DNA from: Candidatus Caldarchaeum sp. | GTDB lineage: Archaea > Thermoproteota > Nitrososphaeria_A > Caldarchaeales > Caldarchaeaceae | Reading direction: 5' to 3' | DNA length: 64,000 nucleotides | NCBI GenBank assembly: GCA_038844785.1 | Contig: JAWBRA010000005.1 | Location: forward strand, 10,194-74,193 | In this document: positions 37,884 to 47,109 of the stretch, piece after piece | How positions within the stretch are numbered: the first letter of the stretch is position 1 | Layout of the letters: each line of letters starts with the position of its first letter | Notes under the pieces: model-generated | What the model saw: only the letters and a program-made list of their open reading frames with translations | Database searches by the model: none | What the model was told of the DNA's origin: nothing | Translations under genes and position numbers: made by a program

Positions 37884-38969
37884 GTGGAACTTCAAACCCT
37901 CGGAAAACCCGCATCACTCAGCCGCATAGGCTCGGACGGCAGAATAACTTGCACGGCCTGCGCGAGATACTGCAGGCTGAGGGAGGGGCAGGTTGGCCTC
38001 TGCGGGGTTAGAGGCGTTGTAAACGGTGTGCTTCACTTATTTGTGTACGGAAGAGTTATCACGGGACACGTAGACCCCATAGAAAAGAAACCAGTCACAC
38101 ATTACATGCCGGGAACTAAGATATTCAGCATAGCCACCACGGGCTGTAACTGGCTCTGCGCCTACTGTCAAAACTTTGACATCAGCCAGCGGAGAAAGGT
38201 TGAGGGCGTTGAGGCCTCACCCGAACAGGTTGTACAACTGGCTTTAAAATACAGGAGTGACGGAATCGCCTACACCTACAACGAACCCTCCATCTTCATG
38301 GAGTACGCCCATGACATAGGCGTCATCGCCAAGAGCAAGGGTTTGATAAACATCTTTGTGACAAACGGTTACTGGACCCCTGACGCGGTGCGCATGGCGG
38401 CAGATTTTCTCGACTGCGCCACAGTCGACTTTAAGGGCAGCGGAGAGAAAACTTTCGTCCAAAAATACATAGGCATACCTGACGCCGAACCAGTCTTCCA
38501 GACTTTGCTTGAGATGAAGAGAAAGACAAGGATACATATTGAGATAACCGACTTGATAGTTCCCCAGATAGGAGACAACCTAGACGCTGCCCGAAAGCTT
38601 TCCAGATGGGTTTACGAAAACCTTGGCCCTGAAACGCCGATACATTTTCTGAGGTTTCACCCGGACTACAAGCTTCTACATCTTCCGTGGACCCCTGTCG
38701 AAACCCTCGAAAAACACTGCCAAATAGCTAAAGAAGAAGGGCTACTGTACGTTTACGTCGGAAACGTTCCAGGCCATCCTCTGGAAAACACCTACTGCCC
38801 CGGCTGCAACAAAATAGTCGTAAAACGCCACGGTTACGACCTGCTCGACTGGCATCTTGACAAAGACAACAAATGCATCCACTGCGGGTACAAAGTCCAC
38901 ATAGTTGGAAGACCCCCAGCCAAAAAAGTATCGGGAGCGGGAAGGTTCATCCCCGTTAAGCTTCAGTGA
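37884..38969 (+). CDS. AmmeMemoRadiSam-system radical SAM enzyme
   Basis: N-terminal CxxCxxxC...GLCGVR, DPIEKKP, CNWLCAYCQN, AYTYNEP, RFHPDY, C-terminal zinc ribbons. Confidence 0.92.
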   Translation: MELQTLGKPASLSRIGSDGRITCTACARYCRLREGQVGLCGVRGVVNGVLHLFVYGRVITGHVDPIEKKPVTHYMPGTKIFSIATTGCNWLCAYCQNFDISQRRKVEGVEASPEQVVQLALKYRSDGIAYTYNEPSIFMEYAHDIGVIAKSKGLINIFVTNGYWTPDAVRMAADFLDCATVDFKGSGEKTFVQKYIGIPDAEPVFQTLLEMKRKTRIHIEITDLIVPQIGDNLDAARKLSRWVYENLGPETPIHFLRFHPDYKLLHLPWTPVETLEKHCQIAKEEGLLYVYVGNVPGHPLENTYCPGCNKIVVKRHGYDLLDWHLDKDNKCIHCGYKVHIVGRPPAKKVSGAGRFIPVKLQ

Positions 38970-38976
38970 AAATAGA

Positions 38977-39051
38977 AGCCCTGGGAGGGCTTTGAACCCT
39001 CGACCTGCCGCTTACGAGGCGGCCGCTCTAACCCGGCTGAGCTACCAGGGC
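38977..39051 (-). tRNA. tRNA-Thr(CGT)
   Basis: Minus strand: GCCCTGG...CCAGGGC acceptor, anticodon arm GCCGC-CTCGTAA-GCGGC; intronless. Confidence 0.95.
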
Positions 39052-39085
39052 CCTAAAACTCGTGAGCCCTCTCTCTTTTTTAATC

Positions 39086-39379
39086 TTATTCCATGCCTCT
39101 CGACATATAGCCCGTGGTGTTGAAGAACTCCAGTAGTTTTTTCAACACGTGTTTTTGAGGGTTGACGGTGTATTTGGCGGGCTTGTAAGGTGTTTGAACG
39201 ACCCAGCCATGTTTTAGGAGTTTCTGAAGGATGTTCTCGGCTGTTCTCTGGCTAATTCCACATGCCTTGGCCAGCATGTATCTGGTGCAGGGCTCGGGCG
39301 ATGATGCAAGAGCTTTGATAACGCGTATATGTAGGTATGAGCTGAGAGCCTCTTCGACTTCATGTTCAGGCTTAACCAT
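39086..39379 (-). CDS. Small winged-HTH protein
   Basis: TRYMLAKACGISQRTAENILQKLLKHGWV...YTVN; overlaps the cdc6 stop. Confidence 0.75.
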   Translation of the reverse strand: MVKPEHEVEEALSSYLHIRVIKALASSPEPCTRYMLAKACGISQRTAENILQKLLKHGWVVQTPYKPAKYTVNPQKHVLKKLLEFFNTTGYMSRGME

Positions 39380-40526
39380 CGGCCATTCTCCTCTCCCTCA
39401 AATAATGCTCTACAACCTGTGAAACACGTTCGGCGTCAGCTCCCACCAGCTCAACCCTTCCATCTCTGCTAAGCTCAATGAAACCTTTGTGCCTCAGAGA
39501 TCTCACCGCTTTGTCGAAGCCTGTGTCTGAACGGCCATGCTGCTCGCAGATCATTCTGTAAATTTTCTTCACGGCTTCAACCTCCGCGTATGCCTCTCCC
39601 GTAATGGTTAAACATTTTGCGACGGCGAGAAGAGCTGTTTTCTCGTTTTCGGAAAGTTCGGCTAACTCACTGGATAGTGTTGTCTGCCCTGTCTCAGCCA
39701 GCACGTATCTGACGTCGTCGAGTTTCACGTGGTCGTAACCTCTAGACTCTGCCAAGTTGCCTGCATACAGAAGAACGTCTAAAGCGAACCTTACGTCTCC
39801 GTTATGAGGCGGCCTCGTAGCAACGTCTGCGACATATTCTATGACTTGGTGTGAAACGGCTCCTCTTCTAAAAGCCTCCGAAACCCTTTCCTCCAGTATC
39901 TCTTTCATCTGCTCAGTTGTGTACGGCTCTAGCTTTACGATGTTTACTCCGAGGGAGCTGAGTTCAGGCTTTTCCAAAAGACCGCCGTAAGCTGGGTCGC
40001 GTGTTACGAAAACCACTCCGACAACGTTTACCGGCCTTACCGAGAAAACTTCATGGAGGCGTGTGAAGTCGTAAACCACCGTCTCTCTTCCCCTGCATGC
40101 TTTGACGTGGTAGTCGGCCTCGTCGAATGTTATCACGGACTGCTTCCGGTGATTTTTAAGGTATGTTAGAAGATTGTCGAGAAGCTCCTCCGCTGAAAGC
40201 GACTGGCTGTAGGCCTCCTCGGAAAGGGTTCTCACCATGTACCTGTATATTGCTACTTTGCTGGCCGAGAACCTCCGCAGGTTTACGTAAAGATGTATCA
40301 GGTTTTTGTAGGCTGCCTCAAGCTCCTGCCCCACCTTGAGGCATAGAGTTGTTTTGCCAGCCCCTACCCCACCTACCACCTGAGCTTTGGCCACGAAGCT
40401 GTCTGACCGTCTTTCTACTCCCTCTCTCAACAGGGTTGAGAGGAGTTTCCTCTCCCTATCCCGATGGAGGAGAGTTCTCGGTATGTAGGAGGGCGACAGC
40501 TTTGAGGCGTCAACAAATACGGGCAT
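39372..40526 (-). CDS. cdc6: Orc1/Cdc6-family AAA+ ATPase
   Basis: LSPSYIPRTLLHR, GGVGAGKT, FDEAD, PYTTEQMKEILEER, GDVRFALDVL, C-terminal wHTH; start placed about 27 nt after a TATTTAAA box. Confidence 0.9.
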   Translation of the reverse strand: MPVFVDASKLSPSYIPRTLLHRDRERKLLSTLLREGVERRSDSFVAKAQVVGGVGAGKTTLCLKVGQELEAAYKNLIHLYVNLRRFSASKVAIYRYMVRTLSEEAYSQSLSAEELLDNLLTYLKNHRKQSVITFDEADYHVKACRGRETVVYDFTRLHEVFSVRPVNVVGVVFVTRDPAYGGLLEKPELSSLGVNIVKLEPYTTEQMKEILEERVSEAFRRGAVSHQVIEYVADVATRPPHNGDVRFALDVLLYAGNLAESRGYDHVKLDDVRYVLAETGQTTLSSELAELSENEKTALLAVAKCLTITGEAYAEVEAVKKIYRMICEQHGRSDTGFDKAVRSLRHKGFIELSRDGRVELVGADAERVSQVVEHYLRERRMADG

Positions 40527-40806
40527 CTGTAGAAAATGCCTCATTCCTCTTTTTAAATAATACGATAACAATTTTTCCGCAAAACTTCGTTGAATAGGGT
40601 TTGCCCTTCCTATGGATATTCAGATGACGTGGGTGACAACAACCCCTCTGGAAAAGGAAGCTGGTAGGGATGAACTGGTTTTGGGGCAGGAATTCTAATG
40701 AACTATAGCGGCTTGGAGTTGCTTCGGAAAAGCATTTGCCAAAAAAGCGGGCGATGTTTTATGGGTACTTTTAGTTGGACTACCTGTCCGCCTAGCTAAG
40801 CATACG

Positions 40807-41073
40807 TCACCGTAGACCGGCGATTTTCAAGGCTTGGTCTCGTGGGAACGCTGTCAAGGTTTCGGTGGAAAGGTAGTCGGCGAACTGGAGAATGAATTTT
40901 AAATATGTTTCTGGGTCTGGTGCCTCAGCTATCAGTATGCCGTCGTAGGCTCCGAAGGTCCATAGCATTTCACGGACTTTTACCGCAGGGTTCTCTCTGA
41001 TTATTTTATCAGTTCTGTCGACATCCTCACGGCCTAGCTTTCGCCTAAACCTAATCAACGTCACGAAAAGCAT
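40807..41073 (-). CDS. GYD-domain protein
   Basis: WTFGAYDGILIAEAPD...TETLTAF pattern. Confidence 0.85.
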   Translation of the reverse strand: MLFVTLIRFRRKLGREDVDRTDKIIRENPAVKVREMLWTFGAYDGILIAEAPDPETYLKFILQFADYLSTETLTAFPRDQALKIAGLR

Positions 41074-41149
41074 GAACTTTATATGTATTGGATGCAATTA
41101 TGTTTTTCGCCCGCAACGTTGATATACCCTACCTCTTCACACATAACTC

Positions 41150-41416
41150 ATGCCCTACATAACCCGTGAGGAGAGAGCTGAGCTTGACAAGGAGGTTGAA
41201 GCCCTCGTGAAGAAGCTGGCTGCAGCCCCGCCTGAAAAGATGGACGGAAGGCTCAACTACGTGATAACACGCCTGCTGGCACAACTCTATCCGCCGGGCT
41301 ACTTCAACTACAACAGGGCCATGGGAGTTCTTTCGTCAGTGGCCCACGAATACTACAGACGACGCGTAGCCCCATACGAGGACGAAAAGATTAAGCAGAA
41401 CGGCGACGTATACTAG
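41150..41416 (+). CDS. Conserved hypothetical protein (MPYI...GxLNY family)
   Basis: MPYI, GRLNYVITRL and EYYRRRVAPYEDEKIKQNGDV motifs. Confidence 0.7.
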   Translation: MPYITREERAELDKEVEALVKKLAAAPPEKMDGRLNYVITRLLAQLYPPGYFNYNRAMGVLSSVAHEYYRRRVAPYEDEKIKQNGDVY

Positions 41417-41421
41417 CTAAG

Positions 41422-41429
41422 CTATATAT
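41422..41429 (+). promoter_or_regulatory. TATA box for a probably leaderless E1-alpha transcript
   Basis: CTATATAT about 23 nt upstream of ATG 41452, no Shine-Dalgarno. Confidence 0.5.
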
Positions 41430-41451
41430 CGCCTACAAATGATTAGCTGCC

Positions 41452-42441
41452 ATGGCCGAGCAGGAGACTGAAGTAGACAATGCAAGGCTTCTGACTTTTT
41501 TCAGAAAAATGGTTGAGATAAGGCTTTTCGAAGAAAGGGTTGAAAAGCTTTATCGCGAAGGCAAGATAGCCGGTCCAACACATCTCTACGTAGGCCAGGA
41601 GGCGGTTGCGGTGGGTGTGATCGAAGCTCTCGACAAAGACGACGTAATAATCTCAACCTACAGGGGGCATGGACACGGCTTGGCCAGAGGCGTTCCCATG
41701 CGGGCTGTGTTGGGCGAAATAATGGGAAAGTCTATTGGAACATGCAAAGGCCTTGGAGGCTCTATGCATGCTCCAATAAGCGTTGAGAGAAAGATACTGT
41801 TTGCCACAGCGATAGTTGGCAGCGGTCTTCCAATAGCTGTCGGCGTGGCACTAGGCTTCAAACAACGTGGCGAAAAGAATTTGGCAGCAGTGTTTTTCGG
41901 CGACGGAGCTGTCAACACAGGAGCCTTCCACGAAGCATTGAATTTAGCGGCTGTCTGGAGGCTACCGGTCCTATTCGTCTGCGAAAACAACCTTTACGCA
42001 ATGAGCACAGCCCTTTCCAGAGCCTTCGCAGGAGAAAGCATAGCCGCTCGAAGCTCGAGCTATGGTATCAAAACCTTCACAGTCATGGGCAACGACGTCG
42101 TCGAAGTATACACCACAGCATGTTCAGCAGCTTCATACATACGGGAAGGACGGGGTCCTGCTTTCATCGAATGCAGAACATACCGTCAGAAGGGACACGG
42201 CGGATACGACTTGGGAACATGGTATAGACCGAGAGAGGAGATTGAAGAATGGTTGATGAAAGACCCTATAGAGATGTTGTTCAACCGTTTGAAGGCTGAC
42301 GGGTTGCTTGACGAACAGAAAAGAAAGGCGTTGGAAGAGGAGGTTAACAAGATGATTGACGGCGTCGTTGAAGAAGTGCTCAAAGCCCCCTTAACTGATT
42401 TCAGGGTTTTGGAAGAGTTTGTCTACTCATCGAAAACGTGA
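41452..42441 (+). CDS. TPP-dependent 2-oxoacid/acetoin dehydrogenase E1 alpha
   Basis: HLYVGQEA, GGSMH, FFGDGA...ENN TPP motif, TYRQKGH. Confidence 0.93.
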   Translation: MAEQETEVDNARLLTFFRKMVEIRLFEERVEKLYREGKIAGPTHLYVGQEAVAVGVIEALDKDDVIISTYRGHGHGLARGVPMRAVLGEIMGKSIGTCKGLGGSMHAPISVERKILFATAIVGSGLPIAVGVALGFKQRGEKNLAAVFFGDGAVNTGAFHEALNLAAVWRLPVLFVCENNLYAMSTALSRAFAGESIAARSSSYGIKTFTVMGNDVVEVYTTACSAASYIREGRGPAFIECRTYRQKGHGGYDLGTWYRPREEIEEWLMKDPIEMLFNRLKADGLLDEQKRKALEEEVNKMIDGVVEEVLKAPLTDFRVLEEFVYSSKT

Positions 42442-42447
42442 AAGGCC

Positions 42448-43446
42448 ATGGGTGTTAGGGAGATCACATACGTGGAAGCCTTGAACGAAGCTTTGAAGGA
42501 GGAGATGCGTCGAGACAGTTCTGTGATAGTTTTCGGCGAAGAAGTAGCTTTAGCCGGAGGCGTCTACAAGGTAACTAAAGACCTTCTGAAAGAATTCGGC
42601 CCTACAAGGGTTATGGACACGCCTATATCGGAAATAGCCATAATAGGTGCTGCGATAGGGGCTGCGTTGAATGGCTTAAGGCCTGTCGCTGAGCTTATGT
42701 TTTTCGACTTCGCCGGCATAGCCTTTGACCAGATAGTGACGCATGCTTCCAAGATTCGTTTCACATCAGGAGGGCAGGTCAAGCTGCCTCTAGTCATCCG
42801 CACCCAGTACAGCCTTGGACGTTCATACGGTAGTCAGCACACGCAGTTTCTGACGGCTTCCTTCATGCAGGCGCCTGGGCTGAAAATAGTTCTTCCATCA
42901 ACACCCTATGACGCAAAAGGCCTCCTCAAGTCTGCAATCCGTGATGACGACCCGGTTCTTTTCATAGAATCTGGGGCACTCTACGTCAACAGGAGCTACT
43001 ATGGATATAAAGGACCGGTCCCCGAGGAAGAATATCTGCTCCCGATAGGTAAAGCCGACGTCAAGGCTGAGGGGGATGATGTGACTGTTGTCGCTCTGTC
43101 GCGAACGGTGTCTGAGGCCATGGCCGCCGCCGGTCAGCTGAAAGAAGAGGGGTTGAGGGCCGAGGTAGTGGACCTGAGGACGGTTCAGCCGATGGATTAC
43201 GAGACTGTCTTAAGGTCTGTAAGGAAGACGAACCGCTTAATCATAGCGGAGGACAGTGTAAAAACTTGCGGCGTGTCGGCGGAGGTAGCCGCATATGTTG
43301 CAGAAAACGCCTTAGACGCCCTTGAAGCCCCTGTGATAAGGCTTAACTCCCCACCCATGCCGGCACCACAATCACAGCCTCTCGAAAGACAGTACATGGT
43401 TACTGCTGACAAGATAGTTGAGTCCGTCAGAAAACTTTGTCTCTAG
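42448..43446 (+). CDS. TPP-dependent 2-oxoacid/acetoin dehydrogenase E1 beta
   Basis: FGEEV, DTPISE, LRPVAE, PSTPYDAKGLL and DLRT motifs. Confidence 0.93.
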   Translation: MGVREITYVEALNEALKEEMRRDSSVIVFGEEVALAGGVYKVTKDLLKEFGPTRVMDTPISEIAIIGAAIGAALNGLRPVAELMFFDFAGIAFDQIVTHASKIRFTSGGQVKLPLVIRTQYSLGRSYGSQHTQFLTASFMQAPGLKIVLPSTPYDAKGLLKSAIRDDDPVLFIESGALYVNRSYYGYKGPVPEEEYLLPIGKADVKAEGDDVTVVALSRTVSEAMAAAGQLKEEGLRAEVVDLRTVQPMDYETVLRSVRKTNRLIIAEDSVKTCGVSAEVAAYVAENALDALEAPVIRLNSPPMPAPQSQPLERQYMVTADKIVESVRKLCL

Positions 43447-43688
43447 ATTTTCTGGATCTCCGCTATTACCTCCCCCACACTGACCTCGTCCCCAACCTTG
43501 TGAAGTATCCTGACTATTTTGCCGTCCACCTCTGAAGGGATTTCGACAGCGGCTTTCTCCGTCTCAACGATAACTACGACCTCGCCCTTTTTTACTTGGT
43601 CGCCCTCCTTCTTCAGCCATTCAGCTATCTTGCCCGACTCCATCGCAACATCTATCCTAGGCAGTATGAGCTTATACAGCTCGGGCAT
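43443..43688 (-). CDS. Stand-alone lipoyl domain protein
   Basis: WLKKEGDQVKKGE...VETEKAAVEIPS lipoylation motif; 81 aa with no catalytic E2 core. Confidence 0.9.
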   Translation of the reverse strand: MPELYKLILPRIDVAMESGKIAEWLKKEGDQVKKGEVVVIVETEKAAVEIPSEVDGKIVRILHKVGDEVSVGEVIAEIQKI

Positions 43689-43798
43689 GATCCTCTTAGG
43701 GTGTTTAAATAAGGCAGTTTATAAATTCGTATTACTTATTTAGGCTTAACCGCGTCAGAGTCTTATACCTAGCTGCCATGCTAGCTGTGGTGGTGTTG

Positions 43799-43909
43799 AT
43801 GGTCAGCCTTGACACTTTGATAAGCTTAATGATACTTGCCGTGTTGTGTTACGAAACATGGCTGACGCATAAGCTTTACAGGAGCGAGAACGGACGGAGG
43901 TCTAGGTGA
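43799..43909 (+). CDS. Putative 36-aa single-TM small protein (below the ORF-track cutoff)
   Basis: MVSLDTLISLMILAVLCYETWLTHKLYRSENGRRSR; GGTGGTG SD-like element before the ATG, TTATAC upstream; alternative ATG at 43778. Confidence 0.4.
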   Translation: MVSLDTLISLMILAVLCYETWLTHKLYRSENGRRSR

Positions 43910-44222
43910 TGACGCAGCGGCAGCCGTCAAACTCGATGTTTTCATAAAACGTAACAATCCAGCCTCTGTCAACAGTCTGGCCTTCCACAGGTTTTTGGAA
44001 GGCTATCAGCCCGTAAGCCGTGGACTTGATGACAAGCTCCTGTGCTACAAACTCCTCCTCCAAAACAAACTTTCTACCCTGGATTCTTCCAACGCCCACC
44101 AACCATCCCGGCGGGTCGTCGCCGAACTTTTTCCAGTAGTTTATTCTGACGGCTTTACGGCTGCTGACAAGGCTTAATGCCTCCTCGGGAAGCTGAACCT
44201 CTTCGTAGACATACGTAGGCAT
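43902..44222 (-). CDS. Hypothetical protein
   Basis: Clean 106-aa ORF with an upstream TTTAAA box; no recognised motif. Confidence 0.6.
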   Translation of the reverse strand: MPTYVYEEVQLPEEALSLVSSRKAVRINYWKKFGDDPPGWLVGVGRIQGRKFVLEEEFVAQELVIKSTAYGLIAFQKPVEGQTVDRGWIVTFYENIEFDGCRCVIT

Positions 44223-44283
44223 GGTGGGATGGCTGGTTTTCGGTCGTTTTTAAAGTAATATCCCGCCCGCTAGTTCAAATGAC

Positions 44284-45462
44284 ATGCGTTTCGACGTCGT
44301 TGTGGTGGGCGGCGGGTCTACGGGCGCTTCGATAGCCTATTACCTGACTAAAAAAGGCGCTGGCAGGGTTGCGTTGGTAGAAAAAGACCATGTAGGGTGG
44401 GGGCAGACGGGAAGGTCTACGGCGGTGGTTAGGCTTCACTACAGCACGCTTGAAGTGGCTAAGATGGCTTTAATCAGCTGGCGCGTTTTGAAGAATATGG
44501 AGAAGGAGGTAGGCGGGCCTTCAGGATTTACAGCATGCGGATTCGTCATACTCGCGGGCGAGGAAGACTATGAAGGACTGAAAAAGAACGTTGAAATGCA
44601 GAAAAGCCTAGGGATAAAAACAGAGATACTTACCCCTGAGAAGCTGGTGCAGCTTGAGCCGAGAATCAACATAGAAGGGTTGTATGCAGCAGCCTACGAG
44701 CCTGAGTCGGGTTACGCCGACCCCGTCACCACAGCCCAAACCTATGCAAAAGCGGCTGTGAACGAAGGATGTGTTCTGATGGAGTCTTGCGAGGTTAAAG
44801 GAGTGAGGATGGCGGGCAACCGTGTCGAACGGCTTTTAACCACCCGCGGCGAATTTGAGGTAGGCTTGGTTGTTAACGCGACAGGCGTATGGTGTAACAG
44901 TTTTTTGGAAATGTTCGGCGCCGCGTTGCCGGTGAAAGTTATGAAGGAGGAGATAGTTGTTTGGAGTAGGCCTGAGGATTTCAGGGGACAGCATCTTGTC
45001 GTAGGAGACCTTCCCTACAACTATTACATGAGGCCGTTTGGAGACAACCAGACTTACATGGGGAGCATAAACCCCGACATGAGTAGGCAGGAAAAATACC
45101 CCAACGCCTTCGACCTCGAAGCTAAAGTCGGCATCGACACTGCATCGCGGTACGGCGAAGCCTTATCTAAAAGGTTCCCGATCATGGCTGAAGCGAGGGT
45201 GGCCGGCGGATGGATAGGGCTTTACGACGTCACACCCGACTGGCACCCCATAATAGGGTATTCGAAAACCGTTCAAAACCTTTTCAACGCGGTGGGCTTG
45301 AGCGGACACGGCTTCAAACTATGTCCGGCCATAGGAATGCTCGCAAGCGACATCATCCTAGGAAACAAAACCCCATTGGTTGACCCGGAGTTCTTCAACG
45401 AAGAAAGGTTTGAGAAAGGCAAGCTCATCGGCGTATCCTACAAGTATGGCGTCATATCTTGA
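44284..45462 (+). CDS. FAD-dependent oxidoreductase (DAO/sarcosine oxidase beta-like)
   Basis: VVGGGSTG, GQTGRS, GLYDVTPDWHPIIG and GLSGHGFKL motifs. Confidence 0.92.
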   Translation: MRFDVVVVGGGSTGASIAYYLTKKGAGRVALVEKDHVGWGQTGRSTAVVRLHYSTLEVAKMALISWRVLKNMEKEVGGPSGFTACGFVILAGEEDYEGLKKNVEMQKSLGIKTEILTPEKLVQLEPRINIEGLYAAAYEPESGYADPVTTAQTYAKAAVNEGCVLMESCEVKGVRMAGNRVERLLTTRGEFEVGLVVNATGVWCNSFLEMFGAALPVKVMKEEIVVWSRPEDFRGQHLVVGDLPYNYYMRPFGDNQTYMGSINPDMSRQEKYPNAFDLEAKVGIDTASRYGEALSKRFPIMAEARVAGGWIGLYDVTPDWHPIIGYSKTVQNLFNAVGLSGHGFKLCPAIGMLASDIILGNKTPLVDPEFFNEERFEKGKLIGVSYKYGVIS

Positions 45463-45499
45463 GCACATTTTTAAGAAAGCTTCAACAGATAATAGCCGC

Positions 45500-45600
45500 G
45501 CCCTGGTAGCTCAGCCTGGTGGAGCGACCGCTTGGTAAGCGGTAGAACCCTTTAGGCCGGAAGGGTGCCGAGGTCCGGGGTTCAAAGCCCCGCCAGGGCT
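45500..45600 (+). tRNA. tRNA-Thr(GGT) with a 27-nt intron at position 45/46 (45546-45572)
   Basis: GCCCTGG/CCAGGGC acceptor, anticodon arm ACCGC-TTGGTAA-GCGGT; removing AACCCTTTAGGCCGGAAGGGTGCCGAG restores the AGGTC variable loop; the junctions form a bulge-helix-bulge. Confidence 0.92.
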
Positions 45601-45650
45601 TGATCTCCCCCAAACCTACTTTAAATAGAAAACCGCTTAAGAGCCGGTTG

Positions 45651-46208
45651 ATGAAAAAGCCCGGCTTGCTTGTCATCCTTGTCGGCCACGGGCAGTTTCC
45701 CCTAGATATGCCCCATACCCTTCAAACCGAATATCTAACGCTGCTCCACAAGCGCGACAGAACTCCTCAGGAGGAGCAGAGGCTTACAGAGTTGACGAAA
45801 ACTGTTCTGAGCTGGCCTAGAAACGAGGGGAACGACCCTTACTGGTCAAGCGTTAGAAAGTTGGCGTTGCTTCTCGAACAAGCTCTCAAAGACAGTAAAG
45901 TAATGGTTGCTTTCAACGAGTTCTGTCCACCTCTCCTTGAAGAAGCGTTGGAGAACGCCTGCAAGTCAAACCATCGAAAGATCATGGTTTTGACGACCAA
46001 GCTGATACCTGGGGGAGTTCACTCTGAGATTGAGATACCAAGGCTGATAGAAGATTTTAGCAGGAGATACGGCAAGAAGATAGTTTATGTCTGGCCTATC
46101 GACATGCAAAACTTAGTAGAGCTTTACGTCAAAGAGATTGAGGTCCGTTTGAAGCAGCTAGCCTTAGAAACCATGTTTAATAATTCACCGCGACTTAAGC
46201 CGTTGTAA
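45651..46208 (+). CDS. CbiX/SirB-like class II chelatase
   Basis: LVGHG, AFNEFCPPLLEEAL and PGGVHSEIEIP motifs. Confidence 0.8.
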   Translation: MKKPGLLVILVGHGQFPLDMPHTLQTEYLTLLHKRDRTPQEEQRLTELTKTVLSWPRNEGNDPYWSSVRKLALLLEQALKDSKVMVAFNEFCPPLLEEALENACKSNHRKIMVLTTKLIPGGVHSEIEIPRLIEDFSRRYGKKIVYVWPIDMQNLVELYVKEIEVRLKQLALETMFNNSPRLKPL

Positions 46209-47108
46209 TATATAAGGCGTTCGACTTAGGCTTGAGGAGATACCCGAGTCAGAGGCTGGGCCGGGAACGATGCTCGTGAGAGTGAAAGCCTGCGGGGTTT
46301 GTCCTGTAGATGTACGTGTTTTCAACGGGGAGGATGTTTGGGTCTCCCTTCCAGCCATCGGGGTTTGGGACATGAGATAGCTGGAGTTGTGGAGAAGGTT
46401 GGTGAAGGCGTCTTTACCCACAAGCCTGACGACAGGGTCGCCGGCTCGCTCCACAAACCGTGCGGACTCCAAATATTGTTTTACTGAAAGCGACAACATC
46501 TGCTCCAACTCATGTCTCTACAAACCTTGGTGTTCGGTTTTTCTGAATACGTTCTAGCATACGCCGACGAGATGCCTGTTCGGTGAAAGCCTAAGCTTCG
46601 AGGAGGCTGCTTTCACCGAGCCTTTGGCTGCCTGCGTCAACGCCGTCGAAAAATGTGGAATAAAGCCCAGCGACTGGGCTGCTGTCGTAGGCGTCGGCCT
46701 GATGCATGTACAGCTTGCGAAGCTTAAAGGTGCGAAGGCTGTAGCCATCGACCTTCTAGACGAGAGGCTGAGATTGGCTGAGAAACTCGGCGCCGACTAC
46801 TCGGTTAACAGCTCGGACAAAGATGCTGTCGAACGGTGCAGGCTTTTGACCAAGGATGATGGGTTTGACAAGGTTATCACATCTGTGGGAGGAGGTGACG
46901 CCATACGTTTATGATACATTACAAGGAAATAGTCATCACGGGAACCTACGGCGGAACCAAAAAAGACTTCAAAACAGCTTTAACGCTAATCCAGCAAGGT
47001 CTTGTAAAAGTTAAACCACTCATAACCCAAAAGCTGCCTCTTGAGAGAATCGTAGAAGGTTTGCAGCTCCACTCACAGAGAAAAAGTAATAGTCACACCC
47101 TAGCGTAG
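46195..47108 (+). pseudogene. Zn-dependent (MDR) alcohol/sugar dehydrogenase pseudogene
   Basis: Fragments in shifting frames: LVRVKACGVC, GHEIAGVV, AAFTEPLA, AVVGVG and IHYKEIVITG, with several frameshifts and stops. Confidence 0.88.
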
Positions 47109-47109
47109 C

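Noticed and set aside
40527-40806. Possible replication origin upstream of cdc6
   Set aside because: Only weak single ORB-like words (TTCCTATGGA, CCTCTGGAAA); no repeated ORBs with G-strings and no extended AT-rich unwinding element visible
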